A stretch of DNA of 64,000 nt from TPA_inf: Saccharomyces. Lineage: Eukaryota. Location of the stretch: positions 832,001-896,000 of the forward strand of contig BK006949.2 in the NCBI GenBank assembly GCA_000146045.2, given 5' to 3'. Under the pieces are notes generated by a model. It was given only the letters and a program-made list of their open reading frames with translations. It did not search any database and had not been told where the DNA came from. The position numbers were made by a program, and so were the translations under genes. Of the stretch, positions 34,715-46,689 are shown piece after piece (the stretch's first letter is position 1; each line of letters opens with the position of its first letter).

Positions 34715-36304
34715 TCACAGTTGTGTCCAGGAGTAGTACATATTAGATTTGGGGATAATTCTTCTTAATTCCTGAAGAATGATCTGCATCTGGTAACTTC
34801 TCAAGTCAAACGGGATCATGGTGCCCTGAAATTGATAATTGCTAGCGTAAAATGCTGCGGTCGCATTATCTCTCAAACCAACGGCTGATTTCTCGGTAAA
34901 AAAATCCAGTTGCACTAAATTTTCCCAAACGTTCTTGACGTCCTTTTTCAACCATAGTTTGATAGTATTGTCGATAGAAAAAGTACTTTGACCTGTTCCC
35001 ACATTTGTAGTAGGAGCCACGGTGGGAATTCTGGAGTTGATAGCTTTAATCATCTTTTCATACTCTGCATAAGCTAAATTAAAATTAAAAGATCCGTCTT
35101 TCGCCCTTAAGGCAACCCTAGCGGCTGAGATCAAAATGGCTAACTCTAAATCGGATAAAGATTGGAGCCTTCCTGTTAAATTATTAGATAGTTGGTTCTT
35201 ATTGTATATGTCAAGAAAAGAACACGATTTTATGGCAGTGCAGAGTGAACCAAAATTTTTGGATGTCGCTACTAATGGAATTATGCTATTTTTCAATGTA
35301 GGTAATGACCTAAAGGTTTCGAAATTCATCCTAATATGTCTATTCAAATTCGATCGAGGGTCGGATAGTTCTTTTTCCAACGTTTCATTCCATTGTGAAA
35401 CCCAGGGGGAGATTTCAGAGCGAACTGTAAGTAAATTTCTGACGGCGTCAACCATATCGTCTAGATTCTGTATTTGCGGCATATAAATCACTCTTTGAGA
35501 AAATCTACTCTTTACCCTCTTTTCTAAATATTCCAAGATATTTAATTTCGTTGTGCAGCCAAAAATGCAAACAGGTACCCGAGAATGTTCTACCATGTCA
35601 AAAAGATTGTATAATAAAGTTTGCCTCACAGGCCCAGCAAATGTATCAATTTCATCGAATATAAAAACAACTGTTATCTTTGTTATACTCTCTCTGTCAA
35701 CCTCACCACTATCTTCATTTCTTGTCTTCGTGGTCGAATCTAAGAGTAAAAGAATTTTCTCAAACACTTCTGTCAAAGAACCACTGCTAATAGTCTCTAA
35801 TGAAGTATCGTCAATTTTTTCTTCACTGCCATGAATTTTCTGCAACTGCTGTTCCAATTGAGTTGCTATACCGTTAATAGCTGTTTGTTCGGAGTGAATA
35901 AACCCATTCAACCTGATAGTTATAAACTGCTCTTTATAAGATTGTTGCAACAAAGACAGTTCATAGTCTAATAAGTATGTTTTGTAACTTTGTCTGGGCC
36001 CCACGAGAATTACTGAATGACTCTCTTTCTGAATAATGGATTGTTTAATGATTCTATCGATCTCTTGTTGACAATCTTGTAAATATGTGAAGATTATCTT
36101 TTCGTCCGTAGGAAGTGTGCCATAAAGTTGCTGCAGTAACCTTCTTTGAAGGGAACCAAAACCAGGGTCGCTGTCTTTACACTTTTCATTATCTATAGTA
36201 CGCTTTTTTAGAATCGCTGCAGTCTCCTCTACCTCTTCGTTTGAGTGCCTCTTTATTGGGAGAAGATTGACTTGCGGTGATAGACGAGCTTCGCTTATAG
36301 TCAT
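34715..36304 (-). CDS. ORC4: Origin recognition complex subunit 4 (AAA+ fold), 529 aa
   Basis: Walker A-like motif GPRQSYKT; length 529 aa. Confidence 0.85.
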   Translation of the reverse strand: MTISEARLSPQVNLLPIKRHSNEEVEETAAILKKRTIDNEKCKDSDPGFGSLQRRLLQQLYGTLPTDEKIIFTYLQDCQQEIDRIIKQSIIQKESHSVILVGPRQSYKTYLLDYELSLLQQSYKEQFITIRLNGFIHSEQTAINGIATQLEQQLQKIHGSEEKIDDTSLETISSGSLTEVFEKILLLLDSTTKTRNEDSGEVDRESITKITVVFIFDEIDTFAGPVRQTLLYNLFDMVEHSRVPVCIFGCTTKLNILEYLEKRVKSRFSQRVIYMPQIQNLDDMVDAVRNLLTVRSEISPWVSQWNETLEKELSDPRSNLNRHIRMNFETFRSLPTLKNSIIPLVATSKNFGSLCTAIKSCSFLDIYNKNQLSNNLTGRLQSLSDLELAILISAARVALRAKDGSFNFNLAYAEYEKMIKAINSRIPTVAPTTNVGTGQSTFSIDNTIKLWLKKDVKNVWENLVQLDFFTEKSAVGLRDNATAAFYASNYQFQGTMIPFDLRSYQMQIILQELRRIIPKSNMYYSWTQL

Positions 36305-36644
36305 GCTTCTTCTTTTGAATATTACCGATATTAGTAGTTTATATTTGATATTTCTATCAGTATTATTTAGATTTTTTTTTTTTTTTTAATTGTTAATGCT
36401 TTTTCTTAGAACTTTCCAAAAACGAAAGGAAAATGGGACATTCAAAAACTTACCTCACATAGAAAAATGATAAATCCAAAAATACACTTGAACACATGTA
36501 TGAAACTTAATACAAAATATATGGTTATTTTTTTTTTAATTATATAATAGAGTTAGAATACCTGGTAGAAAGGAGAGTAGAAAAACAAGAAAGAAAAAAA
36601 GCAAACAGTAAATACAAATGTACATTTTATCATCATACAACACT

Positions 36645-37955
36645 CTATTTCTTACCAACAACTTCCCAATTGTCACCATCTTCAACAGTCAATTGAGCAG
36701 TTTTATCCTGTAGCTTTTCAACTGCCGCATCAACTTTGTTTTCTTTTGCGTCTCCATTTTGCTTTTCAGCCTCTTCATCTTCATCATCATCTTCAGTACG
36801 TAAAACATCATAAACAGACTTCTGGATTTTTGGTTGCTCATCAGTAGTCTTTTTGTTAGTTAGAGACCTATCCTTGTAGGTATTTTTGGTTTGTTGAGGC
36901 TTACCAAACTGAGCACCTCTGGCAGCACCCCAATCCAAAGCTGGTTCTTCCTTTTCTCTTTCTCTTCTTGGTGGTCTTGAGGAGCTTTGGAAGTTGGAAC
37001 CTCTGGCTGCACTCCAGTCAATATCTGGCTCTTCTCTTTCTCTTCTTGGTGGCCTCGAGGAGCTTTGAAAGTTAGAGCCTCTAGCTGCACTCCAGTCAAT
37101 ATCTGGCTCTTCTCTTTCTCTTCTTGGTGGTCTGGAAGAGCCTTGGAAATTGGAGCCTCTTGCAGCGCTCCAGTCGATATCAACTTCTTCTCTTTCTCTT
37201 CTTGGTGGTCTGGAAGAGCCTTGGAAATTGGAACCTCTTGCAGCAGTCCAGTCAATATCAACTTCTTCTCTTTCTCTTCTTGGACCTCTGAAGTTAGAAC
37301 CTCTAGCGGCACCCCAATCAAGATCTGGTGCATCTTCTCTTCCATCACCTTGGAAATTGGAGCCTCTAGCACTACTCCAATCAACATCTGCACCTCCCCC
37401 TCTTCTTGGAGCCGCAACAGAAACGTAAACAGTTCTCTCATTCAATTTAGTACCGTTGAACTTCAGAACGGCGACCAAATCTGCTCTTTCTTTCAAAGTA
37501 ACGAAAGCATTACCCTTTAATCTTGTTGGGTCTCTTAGATTCTTTGGCAAAACAACTTCTTCAACCGCTTCAGGCTTAACTAAACCATCTTCAACCCAGG
37601 CTTGAACACCCTCTGGGGTAATATCCCATGGAATGTTGTTTATGACAGCCCTATATGGTGGAGCATCTGGAACAGGGTATTCCTCTCTTCTATCGGAAGA
37701 ACCGCCCCCCAAAGCAGGGTCTAATCTAGATCTACCTCCAAAACTGCCACCAAAGCCGCCTGAACGCGTGTTATTGCTGTTGTTTTTAGCATGAGCCAAT
37801 TCGGACAATGGAATAGTGTTTGCATTAGCGGTTTCAATAGGAATTGTGATCTTATTCAAATCGACATCTTCTTCAGCCCAAGATGAACCAAAGGTGTCAT
37901 CATTTAAAAATGACGTAAGGTCCATCTTCTTTACGGTTTTCTTTGGTGGAGCCAT
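36645..37955 (-). CDS. TIF3: Translation initiation factor eIF4B, with an RRM and about 7 tandem 26-aa repeats, 436 aa
   Basis: RRM (TVYVSVAAP...FVTLKE) followed by DIDWSAARGSNFQ(G/S)SSRPPRREREE repeats. Length 436 aa. Confidence 0.9.
   Translation of the reverse strand: MAPPKKTVKKMDLTSFLNDDTFGSSWAEEDVDLNKITIPIETANANTIPLSELAHAKNNSNNTRSGGFGGSFGGRSRLDPALGGGSSDRREEYPVPDAPPYRAVINNIPWDITPEGVQAWVEDGLVKPEAVEEVVLPKNLRDPTRLKGNAFVTLKERADLVAVLKFNGTKLNERTVYVSVAAPRRGGGADVDWSSARGSNFQGDGREDAPDLDWGAARGSNFRGPRREREEVDIDWTAARGSNFQGSSRPPRREREEVDIDWSAARGSNFQGSSRPPRREREEPDIDWSAARGSNFQSSSRPPRREREEPDIDWSAARGSNFQSSSRPPRREREKEEPALDWGAARGAQFGKPQQTKNTYKDRSLTNKKTTDEQPKIQKSVYDVLRTEDDDEDEEAEKQNGDAKENKVDAAVEKLQDKTAQLTVEDGDNWEVVGKK
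36908..37390 (-). repeat. Near-perfect tandem ~78 bp DNA repeats encoding the TIF3 (D[IV]DW.AARGSNFQ...RREREE) repeat array
   Basis: The repeated protein units are encoded by highly similar nucleotide units. The spurious overlapping ORFs on both strands of the six-frame track arise from this periodicity. Confidence 0.8.
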
Positions 37956-38702
37956 GATGTGTCCTTTTTATTATGGTATTATTTTCCTAAAGACAGATGA
38001 AAGCTAATATAAACTCGAGTTTTATGATAATCCCGCTTATTGGTCTACTGATCTTCTCTAACTCTGTAGTTATATCTATCTCTTCTGCTTCTATTTCTGC
38101 TTTTCTTTAGCGATGCTGATTTCCGCAAAAAAATTTTCATTCCGTGGTGCGTGATCTGATGAGAAATAAAGCCAAAAAGAAAAAAAGACAAGAAGACAAA
38201 AAGGTTGGGCGGCTAAGTAGCGCCAGGATATAAAAAGCAACATAGATTTCAGTACCCTATTATCCTGCCAAAATTTACTTTAAGAAGTCTCTATGAATAT
38301 ACAGGCTAAATTTGGAAACATGAGAAAGGAAAGATGAAGATACAAAGATTGCAAGCAGTCAAGAAGATTTAGGAAAAAAGGAAAAAGCAAAAAATATCGA
38401 TTTTTATGACTTACAAACTAAATTGATATGTTCGAAATAATTTTGAGAAGCTGAGCTCAATCTGGTACTAATCACTTCAAGTTAGATGTGCAAAGAAAGA
38501 GAATAGCATAAATTCAAAACCAAAGGAAGTGCGAGGCATTACCCGCATATTATCGGGAAACAGAAGCCATGTTAGAGTGATTTCCAACAAATGGCCCTTT
38601 GCCAGAGATGGGCTCTGCAAAAGAATTGGAAGAAGAGAAGAAATCGCTTCACATTCCGTTTCGTTTCTGGGTCTAATTAAAGTAGTACGGTGTCAATTAG
38701 GT

Positions 38703-41700
38703 ATGCTAGGTTTGCGAACTCATGGTTTAGACAGGTATGAACATTATATTCGTCGCCCGTCGGATTTTGGCAAACTTGAGCTGCAAGATTGGTTGAATCA
38801 TAAGTCATTCCGAGTTTCCCCCAATTTATTAATTGATTCAAGCACCACACGTGAGTGGAATGAACCTGAGCTTTTTTATCAAAATACCGAGGATGAAACT
38901 TGGGTGAGACCTTGTGTAGGGCCAAAGCTAGAACCATCAATGATGATGCTCAGATATCACGATTCGAATATTGGTCAAATGCCTCAATTTTGTTATCCAA
39001 TCTCAAGTCCGATAAATTTTAAACCAGTATTAAAATACATTTTGCAAGAACGTTCTGAACTGTCAGACGGCTTCCCTCAAAAGTATAACACACTAATAGG
39101 TAGTCTTTTTGACATTGATAAAAACCCAGAAACCTTAGATGATTCAGATATAGAAGCATTGGATGACATAGAAATGAGCAGTGACAGCGGTAATGTTAAA
39201 GAACCAAAAATTGAATTGCAGGCGCTGGAAGAAATCCAACAAAAGCATTTCAGTTTAATAGTATCCAACAATGGAATCTTTCAAACAGGTAGCACTTCAA
39301 TAACATACATACAGTCTGGCATATCTGGCAGCATAGCTATAAAACCCAACAACGTTGCAATTTTAATATTACTCACTCAACCAAGTGGTCACTTATTGTC
39401 TATTTTACCGCTTGATGACGGTAAAGAGACATATTTGCTACAATATTGGAACCTGGGACAAAAAGGTCAGTGGAACATAATCAAGCACCAAAACGAGAAG
39501 CAGTTTGTTCTTATACATAAGGAACTAGGCATTTGCAAATTTTTTGAATTCCATTTACCATTTACTTTTCAATTAGTAAACAATTTAACATTGACCGATT
39601 CCGTGATTATGAACGGATCCTTTTTCCCAACAAATTACACTGATTTAGATCCCTATTTCATTATATTTATAACAGCCATAAGATATGAAAGGATAGTCTA
39701 CTTTGTCATAGAATGGAACAACAACGAAATAAAGAAAAAAGAGGTATATCAATTGACAGTATTTGATGGTGAGAAGACTAATATGACAATACCCATTGGA
39801 CTAAATGCATGTTTAGTCGAAACACCCCTAAAGTTCTCTTTAGTTTCTGCAAATCAAATTATGTCAGGAGAGACTGAATTCCACTCATTCCAATTGAAGG
39901 CTCTCAAGGGAATCAAGTCATTTTTTCCAGCTCCTTTATTGTTATTAAAATTACAAGAACTACACCCACATACATTTAAAAAATTCCAATATTGTACCAT
40001 AATATCCTCCTCGACAGGAAATATTTGTTTTTGCGTCACCGAACGATCGACAATAGTAAATGGTAATTTAAAATTTTACGAGCTAACTAGGTTCAAAGGA
40101 TTGAAATCCATTTCACCACTACCTTCAAATCCGATAAATTTAGACTCCAGATCCTCAAGTTATGTACTGGTGGTCATAAGTTTTAGTAGAACATTAGAGC
40201 TAACATTATCTCTAGAAGATTTGAGATGTTTAGATAAAAAAGACGTTATTAAGCCTTTGAAAAATATCACCTTCAAGCACACAATTGATAGTTCCACAGA
40301 GGAGAACTCTCAAATTTTAGCATTTACGTCTTCTAAATTTTATAACACACACACAGGCTCTAACATCAATGACACGAGAAATTCTCAAGTTTGGCTTACC
40401 TCACCAAATGCAATAACTCAACCTTGCATTGATTATAAACTCAGGAAAACTCATCAACTTATCCACTTAAAGCAATTTCAAATTTTTAGACATCTTAGGA
40501 TATGGAAATGTAAGAACCTTGATATTGCTCTGTTACAGAGACTTGGAATAAACCAGTCAAATACCGAAAGTTCGTTAATTTTTGCGACCGACGCTGTTTC
40601 TAACAACAGAATATTTTTATTAGATTTAACTATGACAACGACAATCGATAATGATGATCCCGTTCAAGGACTGATAAATATAGAAGATTTACTATGTGAT
40701 ACTGAAAACGAAACTATCCTTCTAAATTTTACGAAAAATAACTTGATTCAAGTAACTAGGGATACGATATACATCGATCCCATTGGTGGGGACAAAGAGT
40801 TGCGTAAGATTTCTCCAGGTTGGGAATTCGAAAACGTTACATACAATGATGGTATTTTAATAGTTTGGAATGCTGGGCTTGGCTGTGTCTCTTATATTGA
40901 AAATATAGACGCTGTTGATGAGTCTGGCGCCTTAGTTTCAAACTTAAGCAGCAGCAAAGGCATGAGCAAGTTCTTCAAGCAGTTAGGAACTGTCACGAGT
41001 GTCAATTTTCAAATCAAAGAGTCTACAGATGATCCAACCAAGTATGACATTTGGATCCTTTTACCAGACTGTGTCATTCGTACACCCTTTTCTGACTGGA
41101 TTAGTGATTCACTTGATTTTTCTGATGTGTATATTTTGAGTGTTCAGCAGGCGTTAATAAACGGCCCTTATTTTTGCTCTCTCGATTATGAATCATATTT
41201 TGAGGTGCACACTTTACAGAACAACTGCTTCAAAAAAGGATCCAGATGTACAAGCAGAGTTAATTTTCAAGGGAAAGATATTAAATTTAGAAGCTTTGGT
41301 GTGAATCAATGTTTGGCATTTAGTGCATTTGAAATTTTTGTCATCAATTTAACGCCAATTCACGACAGTAGAGAATTGGATTTTTACAAGCTAAAATTAC
41401 CGCACCTAGGTAATAACAATTCAATTCTTGAAGTCTGTCCGGACATAGAAAACAACCAATTATTCATACTCTACTCTGATGGCTTAAGAATCCTCGAACT
41501 ATCATACCTAACATCAAATAATGGAAATTTCTTATTAAAATCTACAAGAAGCAAAAATAAGAAATTTTTATATCTAGACAAAATAAATCGAATGCTGGTA
41601 TTGAATCAGGACTTGAGGGAATGGGAGTGTATTAGACTATCAGATGGTAAGGCAGTTGGTTTAGATTCTCAACTTCTTAAGGATGATTCTGAAGAAATCC

Positions 41701-42926
41701 TAGAAATAAAGGAATTACCAATAGCAACAGAGGACAATCCTTTAGAAAAGAAAACTGTATTATTGATCTCTTTTACTAGCTCATTAAAACTAGTTTTATT
41801 AACTGCTGCAAAAAACAAAATTTCCAATCAAATAATAGATTCGTATAAACTTGACAATTCAAGACTCCTCAATCATTTGGTCATTACTCCCAGAGGTGAA
41901 ATATTCTTTCTGGATTATAAAGTTATGGGCACCGATAACGAAATGTCCTTTAACAAGTTGAAAGTCACAAAACATTGCATTGACCAGGAGGAGAGAAATA
42001 ATACGACTTTGCGGCTCACTTTGGAAACCCGGTTTACATTTAAGAGTTGGAGTACAGTTAAGACGTTTACTGTAGTAGGCGATAATATCATTGCTACCAC
42101 AAATATGGGCGAAAAGCTCTACTTGATTAAGGATTTCTCTTCATCATCTGACGAATCGAGAAGGGTGTATCCCTTGGAAATGTATCCTGATTCAAAAGTT
42201 CAAAAGATAATACCATTAAATGAATGCTGCTTTGTTGTTGCCGCTTACTGTGGAAATAGGAACGATTTAGATTCAAGATTAATTTTTTACTCTTTACCCA
42301 CCATCAAAGTTGGGCTTAATAACGAAACAGGCAGCCTACCAGATGAATATGGGAATGGGAGAGTCGACGACATATTCGAGGTTGACTTTCCTGAAGGATT
42401 TCAATTTGGCACTATGGCTTTGTATGATGTTTTACATGGTGAGAGGCACGTAAATCGTTACAGCGAAGGCATACGGTCGGAGAATGACGAAGCAGAGGTT
42501 GCCCTAAGGCAGCGTAGAAATTTACTACTCTTTTGGCGAAACCACTCTTCTACACCAAAACCTTCACTACGCCGAGCCGCCACTATAGTATATGAGGATC
42601 ATGTATCATCCCGTTATTTTGAGGATATAAGTTCTATATTAGGAAGCACTGCAATGAGAACTAAAAGACTATCTCCCTATAATGCGGTAGCATTGGACAA
42701 GCCTATTCAAGATATTAGTTACGATCCCGCAGTACAAACTTTATATGTGCTAATGGCAGATCAAACAATTCACAAATTCGGCAAGGACAGGTTGCCTTGC
42801 CAGGACGAATACGAACCAAGATGGAATTCTGGCTATTTGGTTTCAAGAAGGTCAATAGTTAAATCTGACCTCATCTGTGAGGTTGGGTTATGGAACCTTA
42901 GCGATAACTGCAAGAACACAGTATAA
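38703..42926 (+). CDS. MMS1: Cul8/Rtt101 E3-ligase adaptor involved in replication-stress tolerance, 1407 aa
   Basis: The 1465 aa open frame contains Met59 at 38703, which gives the 1407 aa length I recall for MMS1. The open frame upstream of that Met runs 58 codons further. Confidence 0.75.
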   Translation: MLGLRTHGLDRYEHYIRRPSDFGKLELQDWLNHKSFRVSPNLLIDSSTTREWNEPELFYQNTEDETWVRPCVGPKLEPSMMMLRYHDSNIGQMPQFCYPISSPINFKPVLKYILQERSELSDGFPQKYNTLIGSLFDIDKNPETLDDSDIEALDDIEMSSDSGNVKEPKIELQALEEIQQKHFSLIVSNNGIFQTGSTSITYIQSGISGSIAIKPNNVAILILLTQPSGHLLSILPLDDGKETYLLQYWNLGQKGQWNIIKHQNEKQFVLIHKELGICKFFEFHLPFTFQLVNNLTLTDSVIMNGSFFPTNYTDLDPYFIIFITAIRYERIVYFVIEWNNNEIKKKEVYQLTVFDGEKTNMTIPIGLNACLVETPLKFSLVSANQIMSGETEFHSFQLKALKGIKSFFPAPLLLLKLQELHPHTFKKFQYCTIISSSTGNICFCVTERSTIVNGNLKFYELTRFKGLKSISPLPSNPINLDSRSSSYVLVVISFSRTLELTLSLEDLRCLDKKDVIKPLKNITFKHTIDSSTEENSQILAFTSSKFYNTHTGSNINDTRNSQVWLTSPNAITQPCIDYKLRKTHQLIHLKQFQIFRHLRIWKCKNLDIALLQRLGINQSNTESSLIFATDAVSNNRIFLLDLTMTTTIDNDDPVQGLINIEDLLCDTENETILLNFTKNNLIQVTRDTIYIDPIGGDKELRKISPGWEFENVTYNDGILIVWNAGLGCVSYIENIDAVDESGALVSNLSSSKGMSKFFKQLGTVTSVNFQIKESTDDPTKYDIWILLPDCVIRTPFSDWISDSLDFSDVYILSVQQALINGPYFCSLDYESYFEVHTLQNNCFKKGSRCTSRVNFQGKDIKFRSFGVNQCLAFSAFEIFVINLTPIHDSRELDFYKLKLPHLGNNNSILEVCPDIENNQLFILYSDGLRILELSYLTSNNGNFLLKSTRSKNKKFLYLDKINRMLVLNQDLREWECIRLSDGKAVGLDSQLLKDDSEEILEIKELPIATEDNPLEKKTVLLISFTSSLKLVLLTAAKNKISNQIIDSYKLDNSRLLNHLVITPRGEIFFLDYKVMGTDNEMSFNKLKVTKHCIDQEERNNTTLRLTLETRFTFKSWSTVKTFTVVGDNIIATTNMGEKLYLIKDFSSSSDESRRVYPLEMYPDSKVQKIIPLNECCFVVAAYCGNRNDLDSRLIFYSLPTIKVGLNNETGSLPDEYGNGRVDDIFEVDFPEGFQFGTMALYDVLHGERHVNRYSEGIRSENDEAEVALRQRRNLLLFWRNHSSTPKPSLRRAATIVYEDHVSSRYFEDISSILGSTAMRTKRLSPYNAVALDKPIQDISYDPAVQTLYVLMADQTIHKFGKDRLPCQDEYEPRWNSGYLVSRRSIVKSDLICEVGLWNLSDNCKNTV

Positions 42927-43367
42927 TTCCCTCATTTCCAATAACATTGTCGCTGATAAAATCGTGATTCTCGATCAATGTGCTACGCGTCGTGCAGCGT
43001 GACAAGGGGCTAAAAAAAGATACAAGAATTCTTGTTGTTTCCAATTTGCTTCGCCTCAGAAAAAAAAATAAACAGATTATACAATTTTTGTTTGATTTGT
43101 ATTGGGTACTACATGTTTTAGTAGTTGATACAAATACTTCTTTATCCTAATCGTATATATTTATTTTACCAGCAGGAATTCGTCTTTAATATCGTTTCGA
43201 CCATCGATCATTCCTCTGAGTATTGCAAAAACATTTTTGGAACAACCCAAACTTAAAGTTACAAAACTCAAAAAAGGAACAAAATTAATAAAACAAAAGA
43301 ATCGCTGTTAGAGGTTTATTGTTGCACTAATAGAAAATCATAGAACTTTAAAAATTATACTAGAAAG

Positions 43368-43997
43368 ATGTCACAACAAGTTGGTAACAGTATCAGAAGA
43401 AAGCTGGTAATCGTTGGTGATGGTGCCTGTGGTAAGACATGTTTATTAATCGTCTTTTCCAAGGGCCAATTTCCAGAAGTCTACGTACCAACTGTCTTTG
43501 AAAACTATGTAGCAGATGTTGAAGTTGATGGGCGTCGTGTAGAGCTAGCGCTATGGGATACCGCTGGTCAAGAAGATTATGATAGACTAAGACCATTGTC
43601 ATACCCAGACTCCAATGTCGTATTAATTTGTTTCTCTATCGATCTTCCAGATTCTTTAGAGAATGTACAAGAAAAATGGATTGCCGAAGTATTACATTTC
43701 TGTCAAGGTGTGCCAATTATTCTTGTTGGTTGTAAAGTGGATTTGAGAAACGACCCACAAACCATTGAACAATTAAGACAAGAAGGTCAACAACCCGTTA
43801 CATCACAGGAGGGACAATCTGTAGCAGACCAGATTGGCGCAACCGGATACTACGAATGTTCGGCCAAGACTGGTTATGGTGTCAGAGAAGTGTTTGAGGC
43901 CGCCACTAGAGCTTCATTGATGGGTAAATCTAAAACGAATGGTAAAGCTAAGAAGAACACTACTGAAAAGAAGAAGAAGAAGTGTGTCTTGTTATAG
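43368..43997 (+). CDS. RHO1: Rho-family GTPase, 209 aa, C-terminal CAAX box CVLL
   Basis: P-loop [14 protein letters not shown] and a polybasic-CAAX tail. It is the classic RHO1 sequence. Confidence 0.95.
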   Translation: MSQQVGNSIRRKLVIVGDGACGKTCLLIVFSKGQFPEVYVPTVFENYVADVEVDGRRVELALWDTAGQEDYDRLRPLSYPDSNVVLICFSIDLPDSLENVQEKWIAEVLHFCQGVPIILVGCKVDLRNDPQTIEQLRQEGQQPVTSQEGQSVADQIGATGYYECSAKTGYGVREVFEAATRASLMGKSKTNGKAKKNTTEKKKKKCVLL

Positions 43998-44281
43998 GAG
44001 TGTCTCGATCTCTCAGTCGTTAACTTAGTGGCAGATACTGCCCTTTTTCAATCCCATTCCTTTTCTCATTGTATGTACGTATGCCTTTTTTTGTTATTTT
44101 AGCTCTAACTATAGCTACTTGTTTTTCTCCCAGTATGTGTATAATCTTATTCTTCTCTACATATAAGTGTATTGCTCAGTAAGTATTATCATCTATTAAA
44201 GAAGAATAAAAATTATCATGTATTTATTTACAAGTGCGTATCCTATATATATATATATATATACTTTCGCGATAAAATTTT

Positions 44282-44632
<351 letters not shown>

Positions 44633-44846
44633 TTAATGTATATATTTGTCAGTTTACCTTTTCTTTCGTTTTTCCTTTCAATCCTCTTTATCGCAGTTTG
44701 GTTCTTAGTTTGAATATTCCTCTGTTTTCGCTCTTTTCTCGTACAGCGCGAATTCTCCGCCAGCTTTAGAAAGTTGTAATCATTGGTGTTATTAAGGAAT
44801 AAATAATTAGTCACATACATATGGTTATATATCGTACTCTATCTAT

Positions 44847-45632
44847 CTAGGCATCTTGCTTTAAAAATTGCGCGAATCGGCTGGCTTCATGAATTCCACA
44901 CTCGGTCTTGGCCTTGCCCTTCCATCTTCCTGCTCTCTCATCTTCACCTTCCTTGACGGGTTGTGTGGAATGGTAATCACCAATGGATCTATATCCAAGG
45001 TCCAAAAGTTCGTTGTATGGTACATTGTTTGCATCTATATACTGTTTAACCTGCTCGAACGTCCAATTGATCAATGGATTTATTTTTAAGATTCCATTAA
45101 GTTCGTCTATTTCAATAATCGACAGTTGGGAGCGGGCAGAACCTTGTGATTTTCTTCTACCAGTAAACACAGCACTTATATGTAGCTCTTTGTAGGCACG
45201 ATGTGCAGGTTCCACTTTGGCCAGATAATCGTACTTGTCATCATCTTTCTCCCATAAGAAATCCCCGTATTTCGAGGCAAAATCTGCCTCCGATTCACAT
45301 CCATCCGGCTTATATACGTGAATGGTTTGATTTTTAGGCTGGTAGTATTTTTTCTCAATCTCGTTTTTTAGTGTTAAAGTTTGTGGGAAATGGTGCAAAG
45401 TGTCTATAAATAATAGTTCTGGCATGTAGTATTTTTCAGATAGCTTTGACAACATATCGATAGTAACCAAGCCAGTCAAACCAAATGCAGTGGTTTGGAA
45501 AAGGTGAGGAAACGTTACGATAGACCATGCAATAATCTCCTGTGGCGTTTCCAGCTTGATTAGTTGTTCATTCCAATGATCCAACTGTTCTTGTGTGACA
45601 ATTATATCATTATTCAAATGATAGGTCTTCAT
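44847..45632 (-). CDS. MET16: 3'-phosphoadenylylsulfate (PAPS) reductase, 261 aa, with a C-terminal ECGIH motif
   Basis: PAPS-reductase fold with the catalytic ECGIHE near the C-terminus; 261 aa. Confidence 0.9.
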   Translation of the reverse strand: MKTYHLNNDIIVTQEQLDHWNEQLIKLETPQEIIAWSIVTFPHLFQTTAFGLTGLVTIDMLSKLSEKYYMPELLFIDTLHHFPQTLTLKNEIEKKYYQPKNQTIHVYKPDGCESEADFASKYGDFLWEKDDDKYDYLAKVEPAHRAYKELHISAVFTGRRKSQGSARSQLSIIEIDELNGILKINPLINWTFEQVKQYIDANNVPYNELLDLGYRSIGDYHSTQPVKEGEDERAGRWKGKAKTECGIHEASRFAQFLKQDA

Positions 45633-46075
45633 TTTATGAGTTGCTATGGGTTGATACCTTTGCTGGCCTTAGTTTTGATCTTAAAGCATTGAAAAGGTTA
45701 CAAACAGTACAGTATACTTTTTTTATATCAATATAATACTATCTCTATGAGCTTTTACTTTGTCGAGATTTGCTGAGTCATGTTGTGGCTTTTCTTTTAC
45801 TAGCCACGTGAAATGATGATAAAAATAAAAAGAATAACGACGGAATAAAGAACAGTATGATAAACCGTAAAGATATTTAGAATCAATAGGTGATGTCCAC
45901 CCGGTAACAAGATGCCATTCATGTTAAACTAGGACAAATTTCCTTCTTGTCCCCCCACCATTCTCTTTTATCCAATTCTTTTGTCAGCGCGCATTAAAGA
46001 ACAAGAACTTCGTACTTTTAACTACTAACTCCTGTTTGAGAAAGAGGCAAATATATAGAAAAATAAACCGATAAG

Positions 46076-46549
46076 ATGAATGGAAACAGCACTAACAATG
46101 AACAATTGCAGCAAGAACTGGCCACTACTCAAGACCAAGTGGCTTCGATTATTGAGTCCTTCGTTGAATTAGGTGTCTCGATATATGATTTTCCTGGTAC
46201 TCCAGAAGCCACCAAGGGAATGATCACCAACTTGCAAAGAAATGTGGATCGCTTGTACAAGCTGAACGTGAGAAGCAACGATCCTCAATCCAGCTTGTCT
46301 AAGGTGGACATTCCCTTGGAAGTTGTTCAATACATTGAGGACGGTAGAAATCCAGATATTTACACAAGAGAGTTCGTGGAAGCCATAAGAAGATCCAACC
46401 AATATCAAAGAGGCAAGATGCATGGATTGAAGCAATTAAGAGATTCACTTGCTGACAAGATTGTGGATGAATTTCCAGAGTTGAAAGAACCTGTTGAAGA
46501 TATTATAAAGAGAACATCTCCCATTGACAATGTCTCCAATACTCACTAA
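46076..46549 (+). CDS. NUT2: Mediator subunit Med10, 157 aa
   Basis: 157 aa ORF. Length and neighbours match NUT2. Confidence 0.8.
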
Positions 46550-46689
46550 TAGTAATTTTTCTGATTTTTTTTCTCGCTAGAAAAAAAAAATTTCATGGTT
46601 AGAAAAATTTTAACATAGAAATCATGGCATCATCGCCACAATTGGAAGAGGAAGCAGCTGGGAAATTAGAAACAATCCACGCATCAGCT

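Noticed and set aside
36860-37520. 193 aa antisense-frame ORF and 177 aa and 92 aa plus-strand ORFs within TIF3
   Set aside because: They are generated by the 78-bp tandem repeat periodicity. The repetitive low-complexity products are entirely nested in a well-supported gene.
38529-38702. 58-codon N-terminal extension of the MMS1 frame (similar in-frame extensions exist for JIP5, VPS4, DPB2, HDA3, BET2 and YPR174C)
   Set aside because: The upstream in-frame ATGs could be used. However, the recalled protein lengths fit the internal Met in every case, and the extensions are short and compositionally unremarkable. Translation-start mapping would be needed to say otherwise.
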